DNA from: a virus
Reading direction: 5' to 3' (one strand)
DNA length: 64,000 bases
IMG/VR virus record: IMGVR_UViG_3300035666_000007
Span: 34,035 to 98,034 of that record
Made by a program: the position numbers and the translations under genes. The notes below the pieces were generated by a model. It saw nothing but the letters and a program-made list of their open reading frames with translations. It had not been told where the DNA came from and did not search any database. Each line of letters starts with the position of its first letter. The first letter of the stretch is position 1. Below, in pieces: positions 18,285 to 26,660 of the stretch.

Positions 18285-18539
18285 ATGAATTACTATCGCT
18301 TGATCGCCGAAGCCGTTAAGACTCACAAACGGTTGATTCAGTACCAGGACGCCGGAGTTGTGGATGCGCCCCTGCAGGAGAAAGCGGACAGGATTCATGA
18401 AATCTTTTACACAAAGGCTCCGTCCGGTTTCTTTCAGGAATACGTTTTAGCGGTCCACGCTCGCACCGGCAGATACACATGGCTTTGCGGCAGGGATGGA
18501 GTCAATGAATTCCTGAAGCGCCTTGGGGTTAACTGGTAG
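18285..18539 (+). CDS. hypothetical protein, paralog of 23973-24233
   Basis: AVK.HK.LI...FY.K.P...F..YV.AVH..TGR..WL.GR.GV. Confidence 0.75.
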   Translation: MNYYRLIAEAVKTHKRLIQYQDAGVVDAPLQEKADRIHEIFYTKAPSGFFQEYVLAVHARTGRYTWLCGRDGVNEFLKRLGVNW

Positions 18540-18572
18540 ATTTTGATTCTGTTAAATTCACACATTAGAACA

Positions 18573-19256
18573 ATGCCACAAACCAATCAAGGCGAAAAAA
18601 GACAAAGCTTTTCCTGCCTAATTCCTTTTGACGGCTTTTATTGCACACACCACGCTCAAAGGATTGACGACGAAGAGGAGGCGTTGTTCAGGTTTGATGA
18701 CGGAGAGATTCGATACCCGGATCTTTATGGGTCATTCTGGGAAAAAATTGATTACTTGTCTGTATTCAGGAAATACGCCAAATGCTACTTGGAGTTGGTT
18801 GGCTCAATTCTTGAGGTCGGCTTCACTCTTGAGGAGCTGCTTTGTCCAAGGGAGTACAATTTTTCAACAGACAGAATTTTTGCATCTATCAGTAGGGCGG
18901 ATTTTTGCAAGCTCTTAATCAAGGTTCGCGGAAAAAGCTTTCGAGAGACCGCGCTGGATATGTTTGCCAGTCGCCCAGGCTTCGCTAGCTTTTACTCGCC
19001 CAAGATTTCGAGTTGGGCGCCTATTGCGGATTGGGATCACAACCAGGCCGGTGCAGTTGTTGCGGCTGCCTTGAAGAGAGAGCTGGCGGAGTCGCGGATC
19101 GATCTTGATAGCCAATTAGATGAATTCATTGATTCATCAAGCATCCAGGACTGGCTGTGCAATGCGGTCGATGATAGCGGTATTCGCGTTCTCAGGATAA
19201 ATGATTATCTCAGGCTGCGTGATGAAAGAGTAAGCGCTAAAATCAGTTGTAGATAA
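18573..19256 (+). CDS. conserved acidic early phage protein
   Basis: PFDGFY...PREYNFSTDRIF...SRPGFASFY...WDHNQ. Confidence 0.75.
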   Translation: MPQTNQGEKRQSFSCLIPFDGFYCTHHAQRIDDEEEALFRFDDGEIRYPDLYGSFWEKIDYLSVFRKYAKCYLELVGSILEVGFTLEELLCPREYNFSTDRIFASISRADFCKLLIKVRGKSFRETALDMFASRPGFASFYSPKISSWAPIADWDHNQAGAVVAAALKRELAESRIDLDSQLDEFIDSSSIQDWLCNAVDDSGIRVLRINDYLRLRDERVSAKISCR

Positions 19257-19287
19257 CCTTGACAGGCAAGCCATTGTATGGCATAAT
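19239..19287 (+). promoter_or_regulatory. early promoter P5
   Basis: AAAATCAGTTGTAGATAACC, TTGACA 19259-64, 17 bp, TG-G-CATAAT. Confidence 0.88.
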
Positions 19288-19357
19288 TAAGTGATGCGAG
19301 GGCCGGTGTCGGCAAAGCCTCGCTTTTTTGTTCTTTGTTTTTCTTTTCACTAGATCA

Positions 19358-19765
19358 ATGCAAACACAAACCCTGACACGTTCTTGCACCTTAAGCTTTG
19401 AAGAGCTGCAAAAGAATGAATACCTCTTCAAGCGAATTAACACTTTATGCGGATTGATGGAATACAAGCTTCACAAGCCGCAACTCGGGAGAGCTGAGTT
19501 TGATTATTACGATTTCACAAACGGAACAAATGCTTGGCGCTTCGACGGTTTTATTACCGATGCGCAATGGAAGACAATCGCGCAACTGTGCATCAGCTAC
19601 AAGGCCGACATTGCAGAGGTAATTCGCGGCTTTGTTTTCGAGACCGAAAAGATCTCTGTTGTTGATGGCGAGCATAGTTCGACTTATTTTGTTCCAACTT
19701 CGATGTGCGGATACATTAAAAATATTTATTTCTTGATCGAGGAGGATGGACGATCTAATACTTGA
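19358..19765 (+). CDS. early hypothetical protein
   Basis: 135 aa from AGATCA-ATG. Confidence 0.7.
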   Translation: MQTQTLTRSCTLSFEELQKNEYLFKRINTLCGLMEYKLHKPQLGRAEFDYYDFTNGTNAWRFDGFITDAQWKTIAQLCISYKADIAEVIRGFVFETEKISVVDGEHSSTYFVPTSMCGYIKNIYFLIEEDGRSNT

Positions 19766-19799
19766 TTCGTAAATTTCGGCCACTTTATCCGCAAAAGCC

Positions 19800-20270
19800 A
19801 TGACTCTTTTCGACCTGCCTTCAAGTAATAGGATTAGCACCAGCCAAGTTCGGCTGGCGCTCATATATCGGAAAAGCAGCATTATGAAAATATACAAACA
19901 GTTTCCTCTCGTTGTTGGGGAAGACTTTTACAACTCAGCAATTGCAGAAATTGACAGCTTTCTGCTTTATATTGACGGGAGCAAGCAGATTTCAGTTATC
20001 AAAGGTGAAGATCCCGTCGCAACCGCAATTGAATTTACGATTTCCGAACTGCAAGACAAAATCGAGGGACTGCCCGTCGATGGATACTTCGGACGGGACA
20101 AGGACGAGCTTTGGTACTATTTTATTTGCAATGATCAAAAAGTCGTAGAGGACAAATACGAAACGCTTGACATGATGCTTGACGGGCAATGGCGAGCGAT
20201 TAGCTCAATTGGTACCCTCAACGAACTTTCTCTTGTCGGACAAGAGTTGCGTTACTTAGTTCTCGCCTAA
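19800..20270 (+). CDS. early hypothetical protein
   Basis: 156 aa; the true start could be a downstream ATG. Confidence 0.6.
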   Translation: MTLFDLPSSNRISTSQVRLALIYRKSSIMKIYKQFPLVVGEDFYNSAIAEIDSFLLYIDGSKQISVIKGEDPVATAIEFTISELQDKIEGLPVDGYFGRDKDELWYYFICNDQKVVEDKYETLDMMLDGQWRAISSIGTLNELSLVGQELRYLVLA

Positions 20271-20307
20271 CAGTTTCTTGTTTTTGCAATTTTTATCTAT
20301 CAAGCCA

Positions 20308-20724
20308 ATGCGCAAAACTTTAACTTTTCACAAATACGGCATGTCTTTCGAGGTCAAGATTTTTCTTGATGACGACAATCAAAAATTGTCAGTCTTTGGT
20401 ACTTTGTTTGATCAAAATGGCGATAGTGTTGCGAGCGGACAGGTGTCCGAAGTTGCTCGACTGTTTGCGCCGGCTCAGCTTTGTGACACTTGGGAGCGTT
20501 GGCATTTGAATACGATGCGCGCTGGGACTCCGGCGCAAGAGGAACTGATTAAGTTTGAGAGCAAGCGTCGCAGGGCTCTGGATCTTTCGCAAATGAGTTA
20601 ATGGCTCGCCTGTGATTTTCTTGAGGGGCACAACTTGCTCCTGGATGATGGATACAAATATGGCTGCTCTTGGCTAAAAGAGGAACTGCCACAAGATGTG
20701 ATTGACTATATTTATTCGCTTTAG
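20308..20724 (+). pseudogene. early gene interrupted by an in-frame TAA (20599-20601)
   Basis: WERWHLNTMRAGTPAQ...QMS*WLACDFL...DGYKYGCSWLKEELPQDVI continues in the same frame. Confidence 0.75.
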
Positions 20725-20803
20725 CTTGGTTGGCGAAAATTAGACTCGCAATAAAAAGCGAATACGGCTCTCGCTCTTTTCAAAAGTTCTTCGTCGCACA
20801 ACA

Positions 20804-21211
20804 ATGACTGCAATCACTCAGGATCAAATCAATCAAGAAATTTTTCAGTGGCAGGATCTTGGTCGTGGATTTCATGGGGGCAGGTTTGACTCGAAAGAAA
20901 TTTGCGTTTTTCACGACTCATCTGAAATATGCAACCTAGATTTTTCCGTTCGTCAATACACTTCAGACGAGGAGGATTGCTTTGGTGCAAACTATTCGCG
21001 CTGGCGCATTATTGTTTTCATCAAACAACGCAGACATGAACCCAGAACAGACGCGGAAGAGTTCGCGATTGAGTTTCCAGCAGAAGTGGGAATAAGTTAT
21101 TCAGAAAAGGAGTTTGCTATGGAGTTCTGTGAGTATGTACTTGCAAGTTTCTTGAAATATCAAAACTTATCGCGCTTGCCGTACGTTGACTTGCACCCAA
21201 GCGAAATCTGA
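20804..21211 (+). CDS. early hypothetical protein
   Basis: 135 aa. Confidence 0.65.
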   Translation: MTAITQDQINQEIFQWQDLGRGFHGGRFDSKEICVFHDSSEICNLDFSVRQYTSDEEDCFGANYSRWRIIVFIKQRRHEPRTDAEEFAIEFPAEVGISYSEKEFAMEFCEYVLASFLKYQNLSRLPYVDLHPSEI

Positions 21212-21218
21212 CATAGCT

Positions 21219-21267
21219 GAAATTAGTATTGCATAAGCTTGACATCCGGCGCTATATGTGTCATAAT
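21219..21267 (+). promoter_or_regulatory. early promoter P6
   Basis: GAAATTAGTATTGCATAAGC, TTGACA 21239-44, 17 bp, TG-T-CATAAT. Confidence 0.88.
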
Positions 21268-21324
21268 TAAGTATGCGAGCGCAAGGTGTGTCTCGTTTTG
21301 TTCTTTCGTTTTCACATCAGATCC

Positions 21325-21513
21325 ATGGCCATCAAGAAAAATCTTAAAGCGGCTTCCACCGGTTTTGCCGCGTCGGGTGCCGTTGTCGTTGTTGGCACGC
21401 TTCTTGCTTTTGTCATCGCCTCGCTGATTTCGGAAGATCAACGAGCCTATAACAATTGTTTAGTGAAGCACAAGTCGGTAGATTACTGCCGCCTGATCGT
21501 GAGTGGCAGATAG
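21325..21513 (+). CDS. small membrane protein
   Basis: one transmembrane segment followed by C-x8-C. Confidence 0.65.
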   Translation: MAIKKNLKAASTGFAASGAVVVVGTLLAFVIASLISEDQRAYNNCLVKHKSVDYCRLIVSGR

Positions 21514-21548
21514 CTTCATTGATCTTTTGTTCACAAGCAGCTTTTTCC

Positions 21549-21833
21549 ATGACTATTTCCTTGCATCGTCGCACTTCAAATGGTGTTTATCATTTCATGG
21601 GCGACTATTTAACAGACTATTTTGAGTTTGCCTTCAAGGACTGCGTCAATCAACATACCGGCAGTTATGTTTGGTTGTCTACTGATGAAAGCATTTCGCA
21701 TTCTCATTGCCTGGTCGCTTACGACCCGGATCACGACAGATACGAAGATGTCGATGACTGGGACATTCTGAAGATGGTTCAAGATGCCAGGAATCGCGGA
21801 GACTCTTCCCAGCCTTCCTTGCCGTTTTCCTGA
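21549..21833 (+). CDS. early hypothetical protein
   Basis: 94 aa from ATG 21549. Confidence 0.6.
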   Translation: MTISLHRRTSNGVYHFMGDYLTDYFEFAFKDCVNQHTGSYVWLSTDESISHSHCLVAYDPDHDRYEDVDDWDILKMVQDARNRGDSSQPSLPFS

Positions 21834-21873
21834 CCTGTGAATCGCGAAGCTTAACCTTACACACACCAGATCC

Positions 21874-22425
21874 ATGAACGCATCACAACTTTCTGGCAAA
21901 CTTGCAAAGATTGACACGCAAAGCCTTTGCAGTACCGGCTGCGTTTACCTTGAGTTTGCGGGTAAGCAGTCTGAATATCGCATTACTTTTAAGCTGTCTT
22001 CTGATCCCTACACGAATGTTTTCGATTTTGATTGTTACGGTAGGCTTGAATGGGCGACGTTATGGCCGCAAGATTTTGATGGCGGAGCGCGAATCATCCA
22101 AAGAGATCGGCGCGGCAACTTTCTTTGGTGGCAGCCGTACAAAGACGAAGACGGAAAGATCTACGATTCCGATCGCGACCGTTCCATCGTTCGCGATCTT
22201 GTTGAGTATGGTTTTTATCAGATAGAGCTAAAGTTTTATGGACCGCTGACCTCTGTATTTGGCACTCGCGTCGGCATTATCAAAGAAAGTACGCTTTGCG
22301 GCCTGGACAGCGACAGGCTAAGCGAAGCGGCAGTGCTTGTTCCTGATATGATTAACGATTGGGTTTTTGAACTTAACGCAGCTGACAAATCAACTTCGGA
22401 GCTTGTTGATGGCACTGCCAGCTGA
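21874..22425 (+). CDS. early hypothetical protein
   Basis: 183 aa, AGATCC-ATG start context. Confidence 0.7.
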   Translation: MNASQLSGKLAKIDTQSLCSTGCVYLEFAGKQSEYRITFKLSSDPYTNVFDFDCYGRLEWATLWPQDFDGGARIIQRDRRGNFLWWQPYKDEDGKIYDSDRDRSIVRDLVEYGFYQIELKFYGPLTSVFGTRVGIIKESTLCGLDSDRLSEAAVLVPDMINDWVFELNAADKSTSELVDGTAS

Positions 22426-22726
22426 CAAGCGCTCCCAGCAGGCTTTTTGGGTGATCGGAGCCCTTGAGCGACTGCAGGGACTTGGTTTCATTTCCGATGT
22501 TCAGCTTTATGTCGCACCTGGAGAAATAGATACATGGCAGAGTGTTGACGAAAGAAGGCGTGAAATTGTGGACGACAATTCTGTTCGGAGCTTGACTCGT
22601 TTTATTTGTGCTCACAGCGGCATGGAAGACAGGGAGAGTATAAATAAAGTAGTTCTTGCCGTCTTTCACTTTAGGGATCATCGGGAAGACATGGTTAAAT
22701 TTGCGATGAAAAGAACACTTAGCTAA
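22409..22726 (+). CDS. early hypothetical protein
   Basis: WVIGALERLQGLG motif. Confidence 0.6.
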   Translation: MALPADKRSQQAFWVIGALERLQGLGFISDVQLYVAPGEIDTWQSVDERRREIVDDNSVRSLTRFICAHSGMEDRESINKVVLAVFHFRDHREDMVKFAMKRTLS

Positions 22727-22774
22727 AAATCTCTTTTGCATAAGCTTGACAGGCAAAGCGTTATATGGCATAAT
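22726..22774 (+). promoter_or_regulatory. early promoter P7
   Basis: AAAATCTCTTTTGCATAAGC, TTGACA 22746-51, 17 bp, TG-G-CATAAT. Confidence 0.88.
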
Positions 22775-22899
22775 TAAGTCATGCGAGAGCCGCCCTGCGC
22801 GGTTTTCGCGCTTTTTACGCCTTTGATTTTTACTTCAATGATCTAAGTTTTTTTAGTTGAAGTGTAGTTTCACAAGCCGTATTCACCTCAGATCTTTCG

Positions 22900-23313
22900 A
22901 TGAAACTTTCAACAGTTTTGAATCACCAGCGCTGCTTGACAGGGCAACTGGAAAGCATTTACTTCAACGCAAGGCTGTGTCGTCCGAAACACAGTCAGAT
23001 ACTTGCTGAAACGCAAAAGCTTTTTACAAGTGAGACGTTTCGGTGATTGCCGCACTGGTCGCGTTCTGTGATTTTGGCAAGGCGCGAAACGCTCTCGAAA
23101 GAAATTTATCAGTATTTGCGTTTTGCGTTTATTGGTGCCGATGGTGTGCCGAGAGGGTTAAATGATTTGACAGCGGAAGACCGTCAGGCGGTTTTTGATG
23201 GCAAAATCACAGGGCATCATTATTGGATGAGAGAGAAATCAAGATCGGCTTGGATTGAGAATGGAGAACACAAAGAGCTAATCGTAAAAGAAATCACCAC
23301 GGAGTTCTACTGA
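22900..23313 (+). pseudogene. early gene interrupted by an in-frame TGA (23044-23046)
   Basis: ATG 22900 opens 48 codons (MKLSTVLN...ETFR), then TGA, then the same frame continues LPHWSR... to 23313. Confidence 0.65.
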
Positions 23314-23774
23314 TGAACGAATTACTCGCCCTTCAGGTTAAAAACCGCAATCAATTGAATGCAGTAGCAAACGAGCTGCAAAACAAATTTGGAGATCTTT
23401 TTGCTACGCTGATTGGCAAGAAAGCGATCAAGGTTACGCCCTATCGGACGTTTACCGCAAAGATCAAGGATCAGGTTGCGCAGATTGTTGATTTGCCTGA
23501 TGGATTTTCGATCGTTTACGATTGCGGTGGCTTGACTCGTGTATTTGCGAGTTTGACGAAAAGATTTGATTTCGTTGGTCGCACGTACTATTTGCGTACG
23601 AGCATTTTCGTTTGCCCTCTTGACAGAGAAAATGTCGCCCCTTTTGAGATTCTTCCCACCGTCAGGAGAACTGACTTTACCGTGGAAGAGATTGCTTCGG
23701 CAAGAGAAAGAATTGCCGAACTCGATCGAGAACTTAGCCAGCTGAAAGGGCTGGTTAATGACTTCTATCCCTGA
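23313..23774 (+). CDS. early hypothetical protein with a C-terminal coiled coil
   Basis: 153 aa. Confidence 0.7.
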   Translation: MNELLALQVKNRNQLNAVANELQNKFGDLFATLIGKKAIKVTPYRTFTAKIKDQVAQIVDLPDGFSIVYDCGGLTRVFASLTKRFDFVGRTYYLRTSIFVCPLDRENVAPFEILPTVRRTDFTVEEIASARERIAELDRELSQLKGLVNDFYP

Positions 23775-23781
23775 TTTAGCC

Positions 23782-23970
23782 ATGCATCACATTTGCTTGC
23801 TCCAGGATGGCGAGATGAACAGCCTCGCCGAATTCAACAGTTACGAAGACGCGGGTGATCATTACGATCAATTCTGCAACAAGCATCCAAACGGCTGGGT
23901 TGAAATTGTTTCAGATGCAGATTTCTTGATCACAAAAGCCGGAGCAAAACTTCAGGAGCAACCTTTCTGA
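23782..23970 (+). CDS. small acidic protein
   Basis: FNSYEDA...KHPNGWVEIV. Confidence 0.65.
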   Translation: MHHICLLQDGEMNSLAEFNSYEDAGDHYDQFCNKHPNGWVEIVSDADFLITKAGAKLQEQPF

Positions 23971-23972
23971 AA

Positions 23973-24233
23973 ATGAACGACCAAAAGTTAATTGACAAAG
24001 CTGTAAAAATTCATAAACAGCTGATCGAGAATGCAGGCAAGGATCCTGCTTTGATTGATCTTGCGCTTGAACGCAGAGCCAGCAAGTTGCATCATTTCTT
24101 TTACGAAAAAGTTCCGGCTCGTATTTTTCACAAATACGTCAAAGCGGTTCACGAATCCACCGGTCGCCCCAATTGGCTCGCCGGTAGGCAAGGCGTTCCT
24201 TACGGTTTCTGCCCCGACGATCGTTTGCCCTGA
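23973..24233 (+). CDS. hypothetical protein, paralog of 18285-18539
   Basis: aligned by eye. Confidence 0.75.
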   Translation: MNDQKLIDKAVKIHKQLIENAGKDPALIDLALERRASKLHHFFYEKVPARIFHKYVKAVHESTGRPNWLAGRQGVPYGFCPDDRLP

Positions 24234-24502
24234 ATCAATTCAAATACTTACAGCAGTGGTGTGGCTTTGTCTGCATCACTGCTTTTTTGTTTGTTGAGCA
24301 AGGTTGCCCCCTTCATCCCGTCCCGCACTTGCCGATCCACAGCAGGCCGCTGAGAGCCGCTGGAAGGCCTTTGCGGATGTCGATGCCCCTAGGAGACGCT
24401 GAAGCGTCGAGAGGCGTCTAGATGAGGCGTTTAGCGCTGTCTCCGTTGGTTTGAGATTGAGCCTTGATCGGTTAGCGTGCGAGCGTTCGAGATTCGCAAC
24501 GG

Positions 24503-24973
24503 ATGCGCAGACAGAGCACGTGCGAGGTGATGACGGTTGCGGAAGTGCATCGAAGATTGCGTGCAGTCAAACGCAGTCTTGCAAACAAAAGCCAGGTCTT
24601 GTATTATCAATCTCTTAATTTAGATTGTCTAAAACTTGACCTTACAGAGGTAGAGAGTTTCTACACTTGCCCGATCAGTTTTGACAAAAAGCAGTTTCTA
24701 GCATATATCATTAACAAACAGTCTTTGTTCAATCAAGACAACTTTATTCATGCAGATATTCTTGATTACGTCTCCAATCGCAAAAAAACAATTTGCAAAA
24801 GCTTTGCAGTAACAGCAATGCTTTTTACCAAGTACAGAGATTTTAGCGAAGTTCACAAACACGTTATTGTTTGCATTGGCAGCATCTATCACGCCCCCCG
24901 ACTCTTTTATAAGGATATGGCTAGCGGTCGAATTGTCTACGAGAAGTGCAGCGAGTATATAGACTTACTGTAA
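24503..24973 (+). CDS. hypothetical protein
   Basis: 156 aa, AT-rich. Confidence 0.5.
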   Translation: MRRQSTCEVMTVAEVHRRLRAVKRSLANKSQVLYYQSLNLDCLKLDLTEVESFYTCPISFDKKQFLAYIINKQSLFNQDNFIHADILDYVSNRKKTICKSFAVTAMLFTKYRDFSEVHKHVIVCIGSIYHAPRLFYKDMASGRIVYEKCSEYIDLL

Positions 24974-25046
24974 TGTAATTTTGAAAAATTCATTTCGCCC
25001 CATTCTCTTCTTTCTTCTTTCTTTTTCTTCTTTTTTCTTTATAGTC

Positions 25047-25727
25047 ATGACTGATTACAACTTTGAAATTCAAGACAGTAGTTTTGATCTTAATGATGAA
25101 CAACTTGATTCACTTAATTGTGAAGAACTTAATGTTTTAGAACAAGACACGAATCTTACCTCTCTCGCGCCCGTTGCTGACAGCAAGCAATCTAATAGCT
25201 CTACAGTAATGGATGATACGGTTAACCAATCGTGGCAGTTCAGATCGAAATTAGCTACCAATGAAACAGAAAAAGAATACCTTATCTTTAAGTTTTGGTT
25301 AGATGCAGGATCGGGACGATCAAAGCAGTACGTATCAAAAGTCTATAATTTAACAGAAAACTCTATCTTCAAGGTAGCAAATAAGAATAACTGGGACTTG
25401 AGAGCTACGGATTACGACTGTTTTCAGTTGCAGTTAATGACCGCTGCAGAGAACAGCCGTCGTGCTCAGTTGCATAAACAGAAGCTAGAAGAGTACCGTC
25501 AACAACAGGAGTTCATTGGGCGAAGCCTGTCATCCGATGCAGCAAAGTTAGCAGCAATTGTTAGCAATACGTTGGATCAGTTTATGTTAAATGATCGGTT
25601 GGTGGATATTCGTGATTTACCAGCTGTTTTGAATGCTGCTAACAAAGCAGCAGAGGTTGGTCGTAACTTGCAAAGTTCTGCATTAGGCGTTGATCAGTTG
25701 CTGACTGCTCTGGAAGAATGCGAGTGA
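25047..25727 (+). CDS. putative terminase small subunit-like HTH protein
   Basis: acidic N-terminus, ETEKEY..F...GSGRS...NNWDLRATDYD, then a helical oligomerisation region; lies upstream of TerL. Confidence 0.55.
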   Translation: MTDYNFEIQDSSFDLNDEQLDSLNCEELNVLEQDTNLTSLAPVADSKQSNSSTVMDDTVNQSWQFRSKLATNETEKEYLIFKFWLDAGSGRSKQYVSKVYNLTENSIFKVANKNNWDLRATDYDCFQLQLMTAAENSRRAQLHKQKLEEYRQQQEFIGRSLSSDAAKLAAIVSNTLDQFMLNDRLVDIRDLPAVLNAANKAAEVGRNLQSSALGVDQLLTALEECE

Positions 25728-25963
25728 CCGCTGCAATGCAATCAATCATGTGCGTGCGGTTGGCCAACCGTATGCATGGGTTGATGTTGTGCTTGCGGTT
25801 GAGGACCACCATCGCGGCGGTTGATCGGGCTGTTGGTGTTAGACAATGAGAAGCATAGAGAACGTCGATTCAGCCCTGTCCACGCCTGGGTTTCTTGATC
25901 GGTCAGTCAAGGTGACGTGGACTTAGACGGTGTAGACTCAGCTCCACCACTGGGTCGCCAAAA

Positions 25964-26377
25964 ATGCCCCCTGTCCCGCCCTCCGCTGCAGATGCCGATG
26001 CTGTTGCGGTTGCAAAAACAGATGGCCATTCCGGTTTTTGCATGTTTCATCCGCTGGAAGCAAGGAAATACTTTGCGCAAATCAAGCGGCGTGAATTGAT
26101 GCCTCGTGACTTTGCGGTGTTGTTTGCGGTTTTGTCGTTGTGCGATACGAAGACCGGACGGGTTCGATTCATCATTCAAGAGCTTGGCGAAGAGTTGGGC
26201 ATGCACCCCACCGTGGTTAGTAGCTCGATACGGCGACTCAAAAAGCATTTACTGATTGCCAATTGCGTGGATCCCGATGGGGACCGCTATTACTTAATCA
26301 ATCCGTATTTGTTGTCGGTTGGGCGTCGGCAGCGTTGGGGATTGTTGCTGAAGCGGTTTGAGCTGGCGCTGGAATAG
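25964..26377 (+). CDS. RepL-like winged-helix DNA-binding protein
   Basis: QELGEELGMHPTVVSSSIRRLKKHLLI helix-turn-helix plus YYLINPYL wing. Confidence 0.65.
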   Translation: MPPVPPSAADADAVAVAKTDGHSGFCMFHPLEARKYFAQIKRRELMPRDFAVLFAVLSLCDTKTGRVRFIIQELGEELGMHPTVVSSSIRRLKKHLLIANCVDPDGDRYYLINPYLLSVGRRQRWGLLLKRFELALE

Positions 26378-26592
26378 CCATTCAGGTTGCCTTCATGTTT
26401 TCGCATTCACGAAAGCCATTCAGGTTGCATTCAAATGCCCCATTCACGATTTGCATTCATGAAAGCCATTCACGATGGCCATTCATGCTGCATTCACGAT
26501 TTGCATTCACGATTTGCATTCACGATTTGCATTCACGAAAGCCATTCACGAAAGCCATTCACGATATGGATTCACGAAAGCCAGTCACGGAT
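26378..26592. repeat. tandem array A: about 17 copies of a 12-13 bp unit (CATTCACGATTTG / CATTCACGAAAGC)
   Basis: read directly; starts immediately after the wHTH stop codon. Confidence 0.95.
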
Positions 26593-26660
26593 GCGGATGG
26601 AAACCGGGCCCGGCGGAGGACTCAGGCTTTGGAGCCGTTGTCGATCGCCCACCCGGCTTG

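Noticed and set aside
20735-20800. Eighth early promoter (AAAATTAG upstream of 20804) and a similar string near 59834
   Set aside because: The UP-like start is present, but there is no TTGACA with a correctly spaced -10.
22935-22970. Extra CTTGACAGG inside the 22900 gene
   Set aside because: It has no UP element and no -10 at 17 bp, so it is probably a chance match in coding sequence.
20308-23313. Genome-wide stop codon reassignment
   Set aside because: There is only one TAA case and one TGA case, and all three stop codons terminate conserved structural genes normally.
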